Positions 37,201 through 45,394 of a stretch of DNA of 63,957 nt are shown piece by piece (the first letter of the stretch is position 1; every line of letters starts with the position of its first letter). A model generated the notes under the pieces. It was not told the origin of the DNA. It saw nothing but the letters and a program-made list of their open reading frames with translations, and did no database searches. This DNA comes from Bacteroidota bacterium. GTDB lineage: Bacteria; Bacteroidota; Bacteroidia; Bacteroidales; FEN-979. A program made the position numbers and the translations under genes. Location of the stretch: the NCBI GenBank assembly GCA_037131145.1, contig JBAXRP010000002.1:1-63957 (forward strand), read 5' to 3'.

Positions 37201-40200
37201 GTTTTAATGGTAAGTGTTACATTAAAACTACCGCCATTGGCAAATTTATGTTTGATGTTCTGATTTTCCGGGAAAAGCCTTGTTACAGGTGGCGTTCCGT
37301 CGCCGAAATCCCAAATCCATTTCTGAATAGATCCATGAGGCGTTGATGAAAGATCGTTGAACTGTACCGAGTCGTTTGAGCAATTTGGAGAAGAATAACT
37401 GAAAGAAACAACCGGTTTCCCAAGCACAAGTACCGATTTAGTAGTATCTTTCTGACATCCGAAGCTGTTGGTTACAGTAAGTTTTACATTAAAGGTACCG
37501 GAAGTGGCATAAAGATGCACCGGATTGGGAGAGGTAGAATTTTGTCCATCTCCGAATTCCCAGTAACGACTGGTTATAGTTCCAGGTAAGGACTTTGAAC
37601 TATCAGCAAAAGAAGTTATGGTACCCTGACAAACAGTATCTGCGGAAAAATTGGCTAAAGGCTTTACATTAACTGTAACCGGTTTGCCACCCGGAAGGCT
37701 GTCGATGCAGCCATTGGCATTGGTAACCATCAGTCGCACGATAAAGGTTCCTCCTGCCGTGAAGGAATGAACTGGGTTTTGCGAGGTTGAAGTGTTATTT
37801 GTCCCTGAGGCAAAATTCCCAAAGTTCCAGCTCCAGGCTGTTATTGCAGGTCCTCCGTTAATCTGTGATAGATCAGTAAATTGAACCGGTGTTAAGGCGC
37901 AGGAAGATGGGGTAAAACTAAAGTTTGCCAATGGTCTGGCGCCTATCTGCACAGTATTTATTTTCTGGGCGAAACAACTATCAGTAGTTAAAATTGTGAG
38001 TATTACGTTATAATTACCGCCGTTGGAAAATTTATGCTTTACATTCTGATTGCCAGGGAAATTAACTGTTACCGGGGGAGTTCCGTCGCCGAAATCCCAA
38101 ACCCATTGTTTAAGTGAACCGTGGGGTGTAGATGAAAGATCATTGAACTGAACCGAATCATTGGCGCAATTTGGTGAAGAGTAGCTAAATGAAACGATAG
38201 GTTTTCCAAGCACAAGAATTGGTTTAATAGTATCTTTCTGACAACCCGTAGAGTCGGTAACCGTAAGTTTTACATTGAAATTGCCCGAAGTGGCGTAAAG
38301 GTGATCCGGATTCTGGGATGTTGAAGTTGTTCCGTCGCCAAATTCCCAAAAACGACTGGTAATAAGACTTGACGGGGAGCTTGAAATATCGGTAAATGGT
38401 GTTACCGTTCCCTGACAAACCGTGTCCGCTTTGAAATTGGATATTGGTCTTGCATTAACAGCTATAGATTGCTGCAAAGTATCCTTGCAACCATTGCCGT
38501 TGGTAACAACCAGAACAACATTAAATGGAGAAAGTGTTGCGGTAGTAAACTGATGGATCGGGTTTTGGATTGTTGCAGTATTATTCGCCCCTGAAGGTGG
38601 ATCTGCAAAATTCCATGACCACGATTGTATGCTGCTGCCCCCGTTGGTTTGAGACAGATCATTGAACTGAACAGGTTGATTGGCACAAAGATTAGAGGAA
38701 AATGCGAAATTCGCAAGCGGAGCAGGTACGCTGGTAACAGTTTTCTCAATGTAACTAACACAGTTTTTAGTTGTTGTAACAGTTAAACGCACTACGTGCG
38801 ATGTTGCATCTCCCAGGAAAGTATGAATAACATCCGGAATTCCAGGAAAAGTTATAGTCTTGGTTGATCCGTCGCCAAAGTCCCACTCCCATGTTTTGAT
38901 TGAAGAAGAAAAACCGCCAGGCACAAATGATTGGTTAAAGAAACTCACCGGATTGTGGACACAACTTGCAGGCGAATAGGAAAACTCTGCAACCGGCTTT
39001 GGATTTACAAAAATCAGTTTAGAAACTGAATGCATGCACCCTTTTGAATTAACAATTGTCAAAGTTGCTATATAATTGCCATAAGCGCTATAGGTATGCT
39101 GAGGATTTTTTGATGTAGAAGCGCCGCCATCGCCAAAAGTCCAACTGTAGGAAATTATGGTATCCTGAGACACTGACTGGTCGGTAAATTGGGTAATTCC
39201 GCCTTCACATGCTGTATCAGCGGAAAAATTTGCAACAGGAAGCGCGTGTATAATAATCGTAGTATCATGGGTATTTATACACCCGTTAGTACTCGTGATC
39301 GCCAGTCTCACGGTAAATGTGTCAACAACCGAAAATGAATGGATTGGATTCTGTAAAGTAGAAATATTGTTTGACCCGGAAAGCGGATCCCCAAAAGTCC
39401 AATTCCAGTTCTGTATGCTGCCTCCTCCATTGGTTTGGGATAAATCGGTAAACTGCACCGCCTGCCCAATGCAGTTAGTACTTGAAAACCCGAAGTTAGA
39501 CTTCGGAGAAGGAATACTATTTACCGTTTTCTCAAGAGAGTCTGTACAATTACTTGTGGTTATTATTGTAAGCCGCACAACATGAGAAGTGGCGATACCT
39601 GCAAATGTATAAGTGATATTGGGTGACTCCGGATAATTTTTTATTTGCGGGGCTGTCCCATCGCCGAAATTCCATATCCATGTTTTAATATAGCCCGAAA
39701 ATCCTGATGGGATGAAGGAAAGGTCGGTGAATGTAACCGGATTGCCAACACAACTTGCCGCAGAGAAAGTAAAGGCAGGAACCGGTTTCGGTGCAACCAT
39801 AACTTGTTTGGTAACTGAATTAATGCATCCGTTGGTATTGATGATAGTAAGTGTGACATTATAAACGCCAAAAGTGGAATAGGTATGCAAGGGGGATTGA
39901 AGTGTGGAAGCTCCGCCGTCGCCAAAAACCCAACTATATGATACAATCGCGCTGGCATTAAAGATGGATGTATCTTTAAAATGTGTAGTACCGCCTGCAC
40001 AGGCTGTATCGAAAGTAAAATTGGCAACCGGCAGCAGATGTATCAGAATCGGCAGTGTAATCGTATGGCTACAGCCATTGGCATTTGTTACTGTAAGGGT
40101 CACGAGGTAAGTTCCTGCTGTTCCAAAAATATGCGACGGGTTTGGCGAAGTAGAGGTATTGTTTGATCCTGATCCAGGGTCATTAAAATTCCAAAGCCAG

Positions 40201-43148
40201 CTAACGATGTTCCCTCCGCCATTTGTTTGCGACAGGTCATTGAACTGAACTACCTGCGTGGCGCAGGAAGGCGTGCCCGGAACTACTTCAAAGGAGGCTT
40301 TCGGCGCTGGAATCAGATGAACCTGGCGGGTAATTGAATCCTTACATCCGAAACTCGATTTAACCACTAGGGTTACATTAAAACTGTAAATTCCACCTGG
40401 GAAAACATGGGTTTTATTGGCGCTGGCAGGTTGGTTGATTGTATCGGAGGAATTATCGCCCCAATGCCATACCCATTGCTCGATATAACCCGGGAAACCG
40501 GCTGGTACATAAGATTGATCGGTAAACTGAACTGCTATTGAATCGCAGGTTGGCGATGCAAAAGTAAATCCTGGAACAGGTTTCGGCATCACAGTTACGA
40601 TTTTTGATATCGAGTTTGTACAACCAATGATATCGGTTACAGTTAACACGGCTGTATAGGTTCCGGCAGTGGTATAAAGGTGAGCCGCATTGCCTGGGTT
40701 GGCTGAATGGGCAGTGCCATCGCCAAAATTCCAATCCCACACTGCTATGTTTCCGGGCGTCATTACAGATAGGTTGGCATTGAAACTTACAACCTGGTTA
40801 AGACAAGTATTGTTGGTAAAGGTAAAATCAACAGGAACCGGCGGTTTTACAATAACGTGCTTAACTACCGTATTTTTGCAGTTATTAATATTGTCGGTTA
40901 CTGTAAGTGAAACGTCGTAGATTTGGTTGACTCCACTGAATGTATGCTGTGGATTCTGTAACACAGAAGTGTTATTTATCCCTGATCCCGCATCCCCGAA
41001 ATCCCAGAACCAATCAATGATATTCCCTGATGTTGAATACGACAGATCCGTGAAAAAGACAGCCTGGTTGGCACAGGCAATGGTATCGGGAAAAGTAGGG
41101 TTATTGGAATAAGTAAAGTTGGAAGTGGGTTTTGGGAACACAACTACCTGAATGCTGAAAGATTCAAAGAAATTGGTGATGTATGTAACCGTGCGGGTTA
41201 CGGTAAATGTTCCTGAAGCGGTATAGATATGTGTGGCAAAAACAGGGAATGGAGGTGCAGTATATGGCACAATATTCCCGTCGCCATAGTTCCAGACCTC
41301 TTTAACGATATTGCCTCCCGGGATTTGCGGCGTAAAATGCATTGTGTCACCAATACATTTGGGCGAATCTGTTGTAAAGAATGCCGATGCATTGCCCTGA
41401 ATACTGACCTGTTGCTGTATGCTGTTTGAACAACCGTTGATGGCGTCGGTTGCTGTAAGCGTGACAAGGAAATTACCTGGTCCCTGGTAAACATGTGAAG
41501 GATCGGGACCATATCCGTAGGCGCCATCGCCAAAATCCCAAACAAGGTTATTGCCCACAGTGGCTCCCGTTATATTATGGAAAAGGATTTCCCAGTTCTG
41601 GTTGCCATTCTGGAAAGTAAAATCAACCGAAGGTTTTGGACTAACAACAAGCGGTGGACTAAGGGTATGTGTATTTGCACATCCGTCGGAATTTGTGGCT
41701 TTAAGAGAAACATTATATGATCCAACAGCGCTGAAAAGATGAGTGGGGTTTGGATCTGTTGAAGTATTCGAACCCGAAAGAGGATCGTCAAAATTCCAAA
41801 GATAACCGCTGATCTGGCTGCCACCGTTCAAAGTGCTCGTATTGGTAAACTGTACAGCTTCGCCCAGACAGGCATTCCCTACAAGGAAACTTGCCATTGG
41901 CGATGGATTAACTGAAACAGTCTTGGTAAAATAACCATCTGAAACGCAATGATTTGAATTAGTAATCCTAAGTTTGGCGGTGTATGTTCCCAGATTTAAA
42001 TAGGTATGCGATATAGGCTCGGCAGGATTGGTACTTGTATATGAAGAACCATCATCAAAAACCCAGTCAAGTTGTGTAATAACGCCCACCGGAGTAAACG
42101 ATGTGTTTGTAAACTGAGTAGCTTCCCCGAGACATGCAAGGGTATTGGTAAATGATGCAATTGGAATCGTATTGTCAATTACAATTGGGATTGTAAAAGT
42201 ATTTTCACAATATTTCGAGTTTACAACCGTAAGAGTTACATTATGAGTTCCGGGATTTTTAAAAATATGTGTAATTGTTGAAACTGTAAAGGTATTTATT
42301 GTATCGTTTATTGAACCTGGATCGTTAAAATCCCACTTATGGTAAATAATTTTTGTGGCTGTATCGGCTGGGTAGTTGGGATTTATTGCCGTTGAACTGC
42401 TGCCGTCGAATGTCATTGGATTATACAAACAGTTATCGGGAACGGGAGTAGCAGAATGAGTGAAATTTGCAACAGGTTTATAACGATTTGGATCAACATA
42501 TACATAATCAATAATCTGATCGGTACGTCCGGTAGGATTTGTTACTGTAAGTTTAACAGTGTAAGTAACGCCGGCAGTTGTTGGAAAAGTATGTTGCAGA
42601 ACACCTGGTGCAATTCCAACAGGGGATCCGTCGCCAAAGTCCCATGTATAAGTAATCGCATCTGATGGTGGATGAACAGAAACATCGCCTGTAAAATTCA
42701 CGATATTATAAAAACAACCGCCTGTTGGATCAAACTGATAATAAAAATAGGCATGAAGGAGCGGTTGAACAGTAACCGTTTTAGTTACTTCTTTACCGAT
42801 ACATCCTGTAAAAGTGGGATCATTGTTCCATTCGGTCACCTTTACGGTATAAACCCCGGGAGTTTGCCAATAAACCTTCAACTGATTCTGGGTGGTTACT
42901 CCAAAATAAGACCAACCTCCTGAAGGCAAAATTGACCATTGATATGAATGCGTTGGCGTTCCCACAGTCGGTGGCGTGGAATAGGTATAAGGCAATGCCG
43001 CATTCTGATCGCAAACGATATCTGCGCCGGTGATAAATGGTTGCGTGTCGGGACAGTCCAGAGTTGGGGAATTCTGCGCCCTCATGCCGGGAATTAATAA
43101 TATCCACAGCGACAAAAAAAGAACACAACGGAATATTCGATGGAACAT
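34248..43148 (-). CDS. giant PKD-repeat cell-surface protein with T9SS type B-like C-terminal sorting domain
   Basis: 2,966-aa uninterrupted ORF with signal MFHRIFRCVLFLSLWILLIPGMRAQ. By my count there are 31 PKD-like units, each with a W-x-[FW]-[GND]-D core. The C-terminal ~105 aa read VPNAFAP...VFDIWGHLMW...WDGTFNGQLMPQGNYVWKI. Confidence 0.95.
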   Translation of the reverse strand: MFHRIFRCVLFLSLWILLIPGMRAQNSPTLDCPDTQPFITGADIVCDQNAALPYTYSTPPTVGTPTHSYQWSILPSGGWSYFGVTTQNQLKVYWQTPGVYTVKVTEWNNDPTFTGCIGKEVTKTVTVQPLLHAYFYYQFDPTGGCFYNIVNFTGDVSVHPPSDAITYTWDFGDGSPVGIAPGVLQHTFPTTAGVTYTVKLTVTNPTGRTDQIIDYVYVDPNRYKPVANFTHSATPVPDNCLYNPMTFDGSSSTAINPNYPADTATKIIYHKWDFNDPGSINDTINTFTVSTITHIFKNPGTHNVTLTVVNSKYCENTFTIPIVIDNTIPIASFTNTLACLGEATQFTNTSFTPVGVITQLDWVFDDGSSYTSTNPAEPISHTYLNLGTYTAKLRITNSNHCVSDGYFTKTVSVNPSPMASFLVGNACLGEAVQFTNTSTLNGGSQISGYLWNFDDPLSGSNTSTDPNPTHLFSAVGSYNVSLKATNSDGCANTHTLSPPLVVSPKPSVDFTFQNGNQNWEILFHNITGATVGNNLVWDFGDGAYGYGPDPSHVYQGPGNFLVTLTATDAINGCSNSIQQQVSIQGNASAFFTTDSPKCIGDTMHFTPQIPGGNIVKEVWNYGDGNIVPYTAPPFPVFATHIYTASGTFTVTRTVTYITNFFESFSIQVVVFPKPTSNFTYSNNPTFPDTIACANQAVFFTDLSYSTSGNIIDWFWDFGDAGSGINNTSVLQNPQHTFSGVNQIYDVSLTVTDNINNCKNTVVKHVIVKPPVPVDFTFTNNTCLNQVVSFNANLSVMTPGNIAVWDWNFGDGTAHSANPGNAAHLYTTAGTYTAVLTVTDIIGCTNSISKIVTVMPKPVPGFTFASPTCDSIAVQFTDQSYVPAGFPGYIEQWVWHWGDNSSDTINQPASANKTHVFPGGIYSFNVTLVVKSSFGCKDSITRQVHLIPAPKASFEVVPGTPSCATQVVQFNDLSQTNGGGNIVSWLWNFNDPGSGSNNTSTSPNPSHIFGTAGTYLVTLTVTNANGCSHTITLPILIHLLPVANFTFDTACAGGTTHFKDTSIFNASAIVSYSWVFGDGGASTLQSPLHTYSTFGVYNVTLTIINTNGCINSVTKQVMVAPKPVPAFTFSAASCVGNPVTFTDLSFIPSGFSGYIKTWIWNFGDGTAPQIKNYPESPNITYTFAGIATSHVVRLTIITTSNCTDSLEKTVNSIPSPKSNFGFSSTNCIGQAVQFTDLSQTNGGGSIQNWNWTFGDPLSGSNNISTLQNPIHSFSVVDTFTVRLAITSTNGCINTHDTTIIIHALPVANFSADTACEGGITQFTDQSVSQDTIISYSWTFGDGGASTSKNPQHTYSAYGNYIATLTIVNSKGCMHSVSKLIFVNPKPVAEFSYSPASCVHNPVSFFNQSFVPGGFSSSIKTWEWDFGDGSTKTITFPGIPDVIHTFLGDATSHVVRLTVTTTKNCVSYIEKTVTSVPAPLANFAFSSNLCANQPVQFNDLSQTNGGSSIQSWSWNFADPPSGANNTATIQNPIHQFTTATLSPFNVVLVVTNGNGCKDTLQQSIAVNARPISNFKADTVCQGTVTPFTDISSSPSSLITSRFWEFGDGTTSTSQNPDHLYATSGNFNVKLTVTDSTGCQKDTIKPILVLGKPIVSFSYSSPNCANDSVQFNDLSSTPHGSLKQWVWDFGDGTPPVTVNFPGNQNVKHKFSNGGNYNVILTILTTDSCFAQKINTVQIGARPLANFSFTPSSCALTPVQFTDLSQINGGPAITAWSWNFGNFASGTNNTSTSQNPVHSFTAGGTFIVRLMVTNANGCIDSLPGGKPVTVNVKPLANFSADTVCQGTITSFADSSKSLPGTITSRYWEFGDGQNSTSPNPVHLYATSGTFNVKLTVTNSFGCQKDTTKSVLVLGKPVVSFSYSSPNCSNDSVQFNDLSSTPHGSIQKWIWDFGDGTPPVTRLFPENQNIKHKFANGGSFNVTLTIKTSDSCEAFKTNLVQIGFKPLANFSFTPNIPCALSLVQFTDLTQVNGGAAITAWSWNFGDPGSGTNNTATAQNPNHLFTVEGTDTVRLIATNANGCVDTIKYTVLINAAPTADFIFDTACMSSPTQFTDSSTTASGTIMTWNWNFGDPGSGTNNTSTLEDPTHIYNTQGVFTVHLEVTNSNQCVKDTSKQITVNPKPNAMFEYSAVCVNSPTQFTDVSTAPGSSIKNWTWNFGDGTPDVTIQNPTHIYLTAGTFMVKLVVRNLANCLDSVIIPVISRPTPVANFTYTSYFCPKGKVDFQDVSTATGGTIAERLWTFEPGYTSNVSNPSHTFPVYNVYDTVTLIVTDTYGCKDTIRDTTVFIKPAFAFSFTNDTKCFGYPTKFTPVNNTPGDTLYSVAWNFGDPGVNNSSTLYSPTHTFSRPGTFVVKMRAYNSDNCVDSVFREVTVYAPPQPLFTYISTPCDSSIHFTDSTQIIGSGTIATWEWKWGDSTASTIINAPGPGDTSHLYNYAGIRSVTLIMTSQYGCIDSITQNVQRFPCIKAGFTYADTLCARYRIAFSDSSLPVTRINQWKWSWGDGTPDTTYSTHSSPIYHTFANSGTYPVILEIQAVVNGSTIIDNMAGSVTINPTPETHFANVPVCLNEITLFRDTSTTFGENNTNWNWNFSASPTDVSSLKNPPHKYDTAGIYNVKLVVNNRFGCKDSLTKPTRVNGLPVAHYNTTAACTGDPTFFTDKSNPSDTTLGFWHWFFGDPTSGSNNLSTKQNPYHTYTAIGSDIVRLIVKDNFGCIDTVDSTIVVNITPVSAFTMINDYNGKQGQIKLNNLSTGAETYFWDFGNGKNSSEVNPVATFTEDDTYRIKLISQNQYECSDTTIYEYKLLFKGLYVPNAFAPTSTSLGVRLFQPVGRNLTQYHVMVFDIWGHLMWESTKLTDGIPSEGWDGTFNGQLMPQGNYVWKISALFIDGSPWNGSDLGVGASGTTKGNVSLIR

Positions 43149-43357
43149 AAGGATTTGAATTTGTATATGGTTCTCGCTTCTTTTTATACTGATAAGTACG
43201 ACAAAAGTTTCATTAAAAAGGTTGCCTGTAATGTAGAATTCTAATGCTGAAAAAATCCGGTTAACTCCGAATCAACAAAATTAACAAAATATTACGTAAT
43301 ATCAATGCGTTCAGACAACCCTTACACAATAAATCTTGTCAGGATATTGGAAAATAT

Positions 43358-43387
43358 TTTGTTATTGAACTAATCCTTGTAATTTTG
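43358..43387 (+). promoter_or_regulatory. Bacteroidota-type promoter for the 105-aa lipoprotein gene
   Basis: TTTG (43358-43361), an 18-nt spacer, then TAATTTTG (43380-43387), ending 20 nt upstream of the ATG. This matches the -33 TTTG / -7 TAnnTTTG consensus. Confidence 0.45.
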
Positions 43388-43407
43388 CAAATATCAATTC
43401 GGAACCG

Positions 43408-43725
43408 ATGAAAAAATTCTTCACATTATCTGCCTTGCTAATTGTCACATTTTTTATTTTCGCAGTGTCATGCACCAAAGAAAAAACTATTGAACCCTGC
43501 AATGGAAAAGGGACTTTAAATGTTGAAAATAAACTTGATTCCCTCATCACGGTAAAGGTTGTACAGACGCTTGTCACTAAAAGCATCCCAAAAGATTATA
43601 CCCTTGCGTTTGAACTGACAGGTAACCAACCATATACTTTAAACATTGACGGTCCTCAATATCATAAAGATACTACCATTATGATACTCTCCTGTGACAA
43701 TAAGCTTATGATAGTAATAAAATAG
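43408..43725 (+). CDS. small hypothetical lipoprotein
   Basis: 105 aa with MKKFFTLSALLIVTFFIFAVSC lipobox. Preceded by a good TTTG/TAATTTTG promoter match. Four Cys residues. Confidence 0.5.
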   Translation: MKKFFTLSALLIVTFFIFAVSCTKEKTIEPCNGKGTLNVENKLDSLITVKVVQTLVTKSIPKDYTLAFELTGNQPYTLNIDGPQYHKDTTIMILSCDNKLMIVIK

Positions 43726-43728
43726 CAG

Positions 43729-45300
43729 TTAAGGTTCAAACTGCAATTTGGAAAGGTAGAATACCAATCGCTTATTTCCCGACTCCCGCGCTATGTTTTT
43801 TATTTCCTGATAACCACTTGTTAAAAAGTAATTTCCATACCATTTCTGCACTTTTCCTTTCGTTTCAGTTATCAATTTATCCTCAGGAAACATAAGATCA
43901 ACTGGCGTAAAATCTGTTTTTTCCACCACGGTATTTTCATGGATTATTTTTGAGGCTATAACCCCGTCGCTTAAATAAAACAAAACCAAATCGTTGCCAG
44001 TAGGAAAAACCACAACATTCGGAGTGAGTTCCATAGAAATCAAATTTCGTAATTCCAGATTATTATCCCACACAAGTTGTCCTTTCTGATCAAAACAAGA
44101 AACAATTGCATTTGAAAACCTATACCCGTCAAAAACCGAATAGCTGTTGGTATAAGGCCGACCATAGAAATCGAAGTCTGTAAAGGTTTCAGAATGATAT
44201 TGCGGCGAATATACCTCGGTTGTTACAATAAACCGGTTGTTTAAGGTCAATGACTCTTGCATGATAATTTGAAAATCAAGCGAGTATTCTTTTAATGATT
44301 TATTCTTTTTGAGCGCTTTCTTTTTCAGGTTCAGAATATCTTTTTCGCCAATGAAGGAATCGGCATTTTTAAATTCCAGGAAATTATAATAATTTATCGT
44401 TTGCTGTTTGCCTTCCCCAATATTGCAGGAAAACAAACCGGTAGCCTCGGCGCCGCTTTCATTCTTCCGGGAAGATTTTGAAACGCCTTGCCCATAACTG
44501 CCGGTAATAAGTTTTGCTGCGGTTTCAGTTGAAACGACTCTTACGTTATTAAAGATGCGGTCGCCTGTTTGAGTTCCGATCATAACCTCTCTGATTACTT
44601 TGCCTGTTGTATCATAACCGGCAACAAAATATTCAGCGCTTTTTTTCGAAACCTGTCTGCTTACCACAGCAGTAACTGTATTTGAAGCGCTGTCGGGCTT
44701 AAGGTACATCAAAGCCAAAACATTTCCTACTCCCAGTGGAAAAGTCCTCGCAAAGCCATCGTTCAGGTGGATTGTCAATATCTTCCCAACTTTCCCATTT
44801 TGATTTATCCCAATCCATGCCCTGTCGTTGCGAATCCCGAAATCAACAATTTCACTATTTGCATCCGTATTGCCTGCATTGAGAAGCAACATTCCTGAAC
44901 TAGGGATAATCCTGAGTATTTCAATTCTGGTATCACTACTCCTCGATTTTCCAACTGGAACAAACAGTAATGAAAGCGTATCTCCACATTGATTGTTTAA
45001 CAGGAGATTATGTTCTGTGGGCAATGGAATTGGTTTTACCCATATTTGTTGCAGATTGGTGTCGTAAAGAGCAAAATACCAAGCGCTCCTTGCCGGATCA
45101 GCCATTTCATTGGAGCGATAAAATAATATCAAACCGGTTTTCCCAACCGGGATTATCCGGTAGGTTTCATTGACCGACCGGGCTGGAATTTCGATGCGTA
45201 ACGGTAAATCGTGATTATCGCCAATAAAAGTACTTTGTGCTGTCGTTGTAAACTGTACAAGGAAATTCAAAAAAAACAGAAGTAATAAGTCTCGTAGCAT
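43729..45300 (-). CDS. hypothetical secreted protein (no recognised family)
   Basis: The ATG at 45300 gives signal MLRDLLLLFFLNFLVQFTTTAQS. The upstream ATG at 45360 lies inside the terminator hairpin of the preceding gene. Long uninterrupted ORF. Confidence 0.6.
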   Translation of the reverse strand: MLRDLLLLFFLNFLVQFTTTAQSTFIGDNHDLPLRIEIPARSVNETYRIIPVGKTGLILFYRSNEMADPARSAWYFALYDTNLQQIWVKPIPLPTEHNLLLNNQCGDTLSLLFVPVGKSRSSDTRIEILRIIPSSGMLLLNAGNTDANSEIVDFGIRNDRAWIGINQNGKVGKILTIHLNDGFARTFPLGVGNVLALMYLKPDSASNTVTAVVSRQVSKKSAEYFVAGYDTTGKVIREVMIGTQTGDRIFNNVRVVSTETAAKLITGSYGQGVSKSSRKNESGAEATGLFSCNIGEGKQQTINYYNFLEFKNADSFIGEKDILNLKKKALKKNKSLKEYSLDFQIIMQESLTLNNRFIVTTEVYSPQYHSETFTDFDFYGRPYTNSYSVFDGYRFSNAIVSCFDQKGQLVWDNNLELRNLISMELTPNVVVFPTGNDLVLFYLSDGVIASKIIHENTVVEKTDFTPVDLMFPEDKLITETKGKVQKWYGNYFLTSGYQEIKNIARESGNKRLVFYLSKLQFEP

Positions 45301-45324
45301 GTTTCTCAAATCTGAAAAACAAAA

Positions 45325-45376
45325 ATAACAAAATAGAAAAGAGGCTGCTTCAAAAGTCATGAAGCAAGCCTCTTTT
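45325..45376 (-). terminator. rho-independent terminator after the 535-aa T9SS cargo gene
   Basis: Minus strand AAAAGAGGCTTGCTTC-loop-GAAGCAGCCTCTTTT (one bulge) followed by CTATTTTGTTATTTTTG. It lies 19 nt after the stop at 45395. Confidence 0.65.
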
Positions 45377-45394
45377 GTTTTTAATTGGCGATAT

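Noticed and set aside
34617-42923. About 25 short ORFs (60-128 aa) on both strands within the giant PKD gene
   Set aside because: All of them lie inside a single uninterrupted 2,966-aa ORF with a coherent PKD repeat structure. They are repeat-induced shadow frames.
45301-45360. Upstream ATG (45360) for the 543-aa ORF
   Set aside because: The extra 20 codons are the terminator hairpin of the preceding gene, and they would place the hydrophobic signal region about 25 aa from the N-terminus. I kept it as a stated alternative only.
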